Shown piece after piece: positions 61,134 through 64,000 of a DNA stretch of 64,000 bases. Position 1 is the first letter of the stretch. Every line of letters begins with the position of its first letter. The DNA is taken from NCBI GenBank assembly GCA_965200315.1, contig OZ241362.1, forward strand, positions 1,408,001 to 1,472,000, given 5' to 3'. The DNA is from Candidatus Latescibacterota bacterium (GTDB lineage Bacteria > Latescibacterota > UBA2968 > UBA8231). Both the position numbers and the translations under genes were made by a program. The notes under the pieces are model-generated. The model saw only the letters and a list, made by a program, of their open reading frames with translations. It was not told the origin of the DNA and made no database searches.

Positions 61134-62750
61134 ATGATCGAAGGACAACAAGTAATCGCCGATGGCGGTGCTGTAGCCGCTCAGCAGCCCGCCGCAGCGC
61201 GCATTGGCGCGCAGATATTGACCCAAGGCGGCAACGCCATGGATGCGGCCGCGGCCACTAGTCTGGCCTGCTGCATGTTGGCGCCCCAATCCAACGGCAT
61301 CGGCGGGTACATGTCGGCGGCGGTTGTTTTGGAAGGTTCCACCGGCCGCGTCTGGTCGCTCGACGCCAATGCCAAAGCCCCGGCCGCGGCCCACGGGCAG
61401 ATGTACGACATTCTGCCCGTCCGCCGCGACAACATGGGCACCAACGAAAGGGAATACGCCTGTAGCGTCCGCGACGATGCCAACGTGTACGGCCCCCAGT
61501 CCATAGCCGTCCCCGGCCAAATGGCTGGCATGGGCTTTTTGCACGAGCGCTGGGGGCAATTGCCTTGGGCCGCGATTGTCGCCCCGGCCCAAGGGCTCCT
61601 CGCCGATGGCTTCCCTTACGGCCCAGCCCTAGCCAGTACCATCCGCAACCAAGAAGCCATTCTGCGCCGCTTCCCCGCCACGTTTAGCCACCTCGCGCCG
61701 CAGGGCGCGTTGCCCAGCCCCGACGACATTTGGCATCGTCCCGCTATGGAGCGCACCCTAGAGAGTCTGGCCCAAGCCGGCTGGCGCGACTTTTACGATG
61801 GCGAATTGGGCCGCACCATTGGCGATTATGTCCAAGCCAGCGGCGGTGCGCTCACCCGCGATGATATGGCCGCCTTTGCGCCGCGCCTGACCGAGCCGTA
61901 CCAAATCACCTACCGCGACGTGCCGGTATACGGGCCGATTTTGCCCAACGGCTGCCTCTCTGCCCTCCAGATTTTGCACATGCTGGAGTGCCTGCCCGTG
62001 GTGCCCGACGACCAAGCCCGGTACTGGCACCAGCTAGCCGAGGTCGTCAAACAGGCCTGGCGCGACCGCCTGCGCTACGTCGGCGACCCGGATTTCGTGG
62101 ATGTGCCGGTAGAGCGCTTGTTGAGCAAAGACTACGCAGCCGGTCGCGTCGAGAGCCTGCGGCAATTCCCCGCTCAGGTCGATCAGCAGGTGTACGAAGC
62201 TTCGGGTCCAGCTATCGCCGAAACTTTGCACGTATCGGCCGCGGACGCCACCGGCAATCTCGTCGGCATTACCATCACCCAGGGCGGGGCTTTTGGCTCC
62301 TGTTTCACGGTGCCGGGTACGGGCATTATTCTGGGGCACGGCATGTGCCGTTTGGACCCCCGGCCCGGTCGGGCCAATTCCGTGGCCGCGCACAAGCGTC
62401 CGCTCAACAACGTGGTCCCCATGATCTTGCGCCTGCCCCAGCGCGACGTGGCCATCGGCCTACCCGGCGGTCGCCGCATCATCAGCGTCGGTGCCCAATT
62501 AGGGCAGCGCATTATCGACTTCCACGCCACGGCCTTGGGAGCAGCTACGGCCCCCCGGCTCAACGCCGAAGCCCAAGAGCCCCTCGAACTGAAGCGCGGC
62601 ATCGATCCGGCGATTGTGGAAACCCTAAAAGAAATGGGCCACCGGGTGCTGGTAAGAGACGAGGTGGCCGGCGGCGCGCACGGTGCCGAAGTGCTCAAAA
62701 GCGAGGGCAAGGTGCGCGCCGGGGGCAATGGCTGGGCCGCGGGCGTATAG
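61134..62750 (+). CDS. Gamma-glutamyltransferase family protein
   Basis: GGNAMDAA, NGIGG, IAVPG, DRLRYVGDP, ETLHVSAADATGN, KRPLNN. Confidence 0.9.
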   Translation: MIEGQQVIADGGAVAAQQPAAARIGAQILTQGGNAMDAAAATSLACCMLAPQSNGIGGYMSAAVVLEGSTGRVWSLDANAKAPAAAHGQMYDILPVRRDNMGTNEREYACSVRDDANVYGPQSIAVPGQMAGMGFLHERWGQLPWAAIVAPAQGLLADGFPYGPALASTIRNQEAILRRFPATFSHLAPQGALPSPDDIWHRPAMERTLESLAQAGWRDFYDGELGRTIGDYVQASGGALTRDDMAAFAPRLTEPYQITYRDVPVYGPILPNGCLSALQILHMLECLPVVPDDQARYWHQLAEVVKQAWRDRLRYVGDPDFVDVPVERLLSKDYAAGRVESLRQFPAQVDQQVYEASGPAIAETLHVSAADATGNLVGITITQGGAFGSCFTVPGTGIILGHGMCRLDPRPGRANSVAAHKRPLNNVVPMILRLPQRDVAIGLPGGRRIISVGAQLGQRIIDFHATALGAATAPRLNAEAQEPLELKRGIDPAIVETLKEMGHRVLVRDEVAGGAHGAEVLKSEGKVRAGGNGWAAGV

Positions 62751-63105
62751 ATCGTTTTAAGGTGAAAATCACCCTTGACACCCACATCATGGGTATATGA
62801 ACACAAATTCAATCCCCGCCAGTCCAGTAGGCTTGCTATGGCGGCCCTGAGCAGCCGACGCGACCGCCCCGAAAAGCCGTCCGACGGGCGCGGTAAAAGT
62901 GCTTCTGAAAGCCTACATGACTGGCGGAGCTTGCCGGGTTGTGCTCTCGTCGACTGGGCCCCGCCGGTGGCCGGTGGTTCGTGCGTACGTCCTTGGGGGG
63001 CCGGCCGCTGGTCGGCCTGCGGGCGAGACGCCCGCGCATCCCGCGATGCGCCGCATCTCACGAGTGATGTAGGATTGCTATATCTAAATACGACGGAGAA
63101 CAAAA

Positions 63106-64000
63106 ATGAAAATTACTGATTTGCAGGTGATGCGAATGGGGTCGGAAGGGACCAACAATTGGACGTTCGTCAAAATCGAAACCGACGCCGGCATTCACGG
63201 ATGGGGCGAGGCCAGTTTGCAATACAAAGACGAGGCCCTGCTCGGCGAGTTTGCGGCGTTCAAGCGGTTTCTGCTAGGCAAAAATCCCTTTGAAATCGAG
63301 CGGATCTGGACTTCGCTGTATCGGTGCGTGACGTGGTCAGGTGGGCCCGTAACGACGAGTGCAATCAGTGCAATCGATCTGGCATTATGGGACATTAAAG
63401 GTAAAGCACTAGGCGTCCCAGTGTATGAATTGTTGGGCGGAAAGTCACACGACAAAATTCGCATGTACGCCAATGGCTGGCCGAGAAAGGATAACACACC
63501 AGCAGGGATTGCCGAGGGCGTAAAGCGGGTGGTGGATCAGGGCTATGAGGCGTTGAAGTTTTATCCTTTTAGGGGCGCACAGGTGGCAAACATCGAGCGC
63601 ATTCAGCACGGCGTCGCCCTCGTGGAAGCGGCGCGCGAAGCGGCCGGGTCGCAAATCGAAATAGGAATTGACATTCGCGCCCGCTTAAATATCTGGAGTG
63701 CCCGGCGCGTGGCGCAGGCATTGGAACCCTACAACATTGCATGGATGGAAGAGCCGATTTTGTGGGACAATCCCGAAGCACTAGCGCAATTTGCCCGCGA
63801 AGTAAATGTGCCCGTTGCGACAGGTGAGCAATTGTACACGCGCTGGGATTTTCGGGCACTATTGGAATTGAACGCGGTCGGGATTATTCAGCCGGACATT
63901 TGTCACGCCGGCGGCATCACCGAGCTGAAGAAAATTGCCGCCATGGCCGAGACGTATTATGTAACAATCGCACCGCACAATTCCAATGGGCCAATTTCAA
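63106..64000 (+). CDS. Galactonate dehydratase-like enolase superfamily protein, 3' partial
   Basis: MKITD...FVKIETDAGIHGWGEA...SAIDLALWDIKGKALGVPVYELLGG...WMEEP...TGE...QPDICHAGG; missing from the ORF track because it runs off the window end. Confidence 0.88.
   Translation, partial: MKITDLQVMRMGSEGTNNWTFVKIETDAGIHGWGEASLQYKDEALLGEFAAFKRFLLGKNPFEIERIWTSLYRCVTWSGGPVTTSAISAIDLALWDIKGKALGVPVYELLGGKSHDKIRMYANGWPRKDNTPAGIAEGVKRVVDQGYEALKFYPFRGAQVANIERIQHGVALVEAAREAAGSQIEIGIDIRARLNIWSARRVAQALEPYNIAWMEEPILWDNPEALAQFAREVNVPVATGEQLYTRWDFRALLELNAVGIIQPDICHAGGITELKKIAAMAETYYVTIAPHNSNGPIS

Noticed and set aside
62760-63100. Possible riboswitch or ncRNA upstream of the dehydratase
   Set aside because: The hairpins are explained by REP and MITE pieces; no recognisable aptamer consensus. 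An Rfam scan would settle it.

Overview
GC-rich bacterial chromosomal window. The FlgD-Ig-tailed secreted proteins, DUF6785/6784-type membrane proteins and many enolases and sugar ABC transporters suggest a Latescibacterota/Gemmatimonadota-like lineage (inference). It opens with a housekeeping block (yicC, archaeal-type cmk, coaBC, udg, dnaB, obgE), followed by carbohydrate-acid and peptide catabolism genes interleaved with defence-type insertions. The best candidate for an undescribed system is a lower-GC, tightly coupled operon of three dynamin-like GTPases plus two small accessory ORFs (26719-33225), wedged between two gene relics. Features missed by the ORF track include a UGA/SECIS selenoprotein (lipoprotein peroxiredoxin-like, UxxC), a short prokaryotic Argonaute relic, and an Rpn nuclease with an internal SD+ATG (intragenic antitoxin). 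Also missed are two R-M loci with broken nucleases but intact methylases, a TA-targeting MITE that replaced the start of a secreted-protein gene, and an in-frame REP-like insertion inside a peptidase. A KptA/Tpt1-like ADP-ribosyltransferase domain fused to HEAT repeats is also present. All family calls come from motif recognition by eye; no database searches were run.
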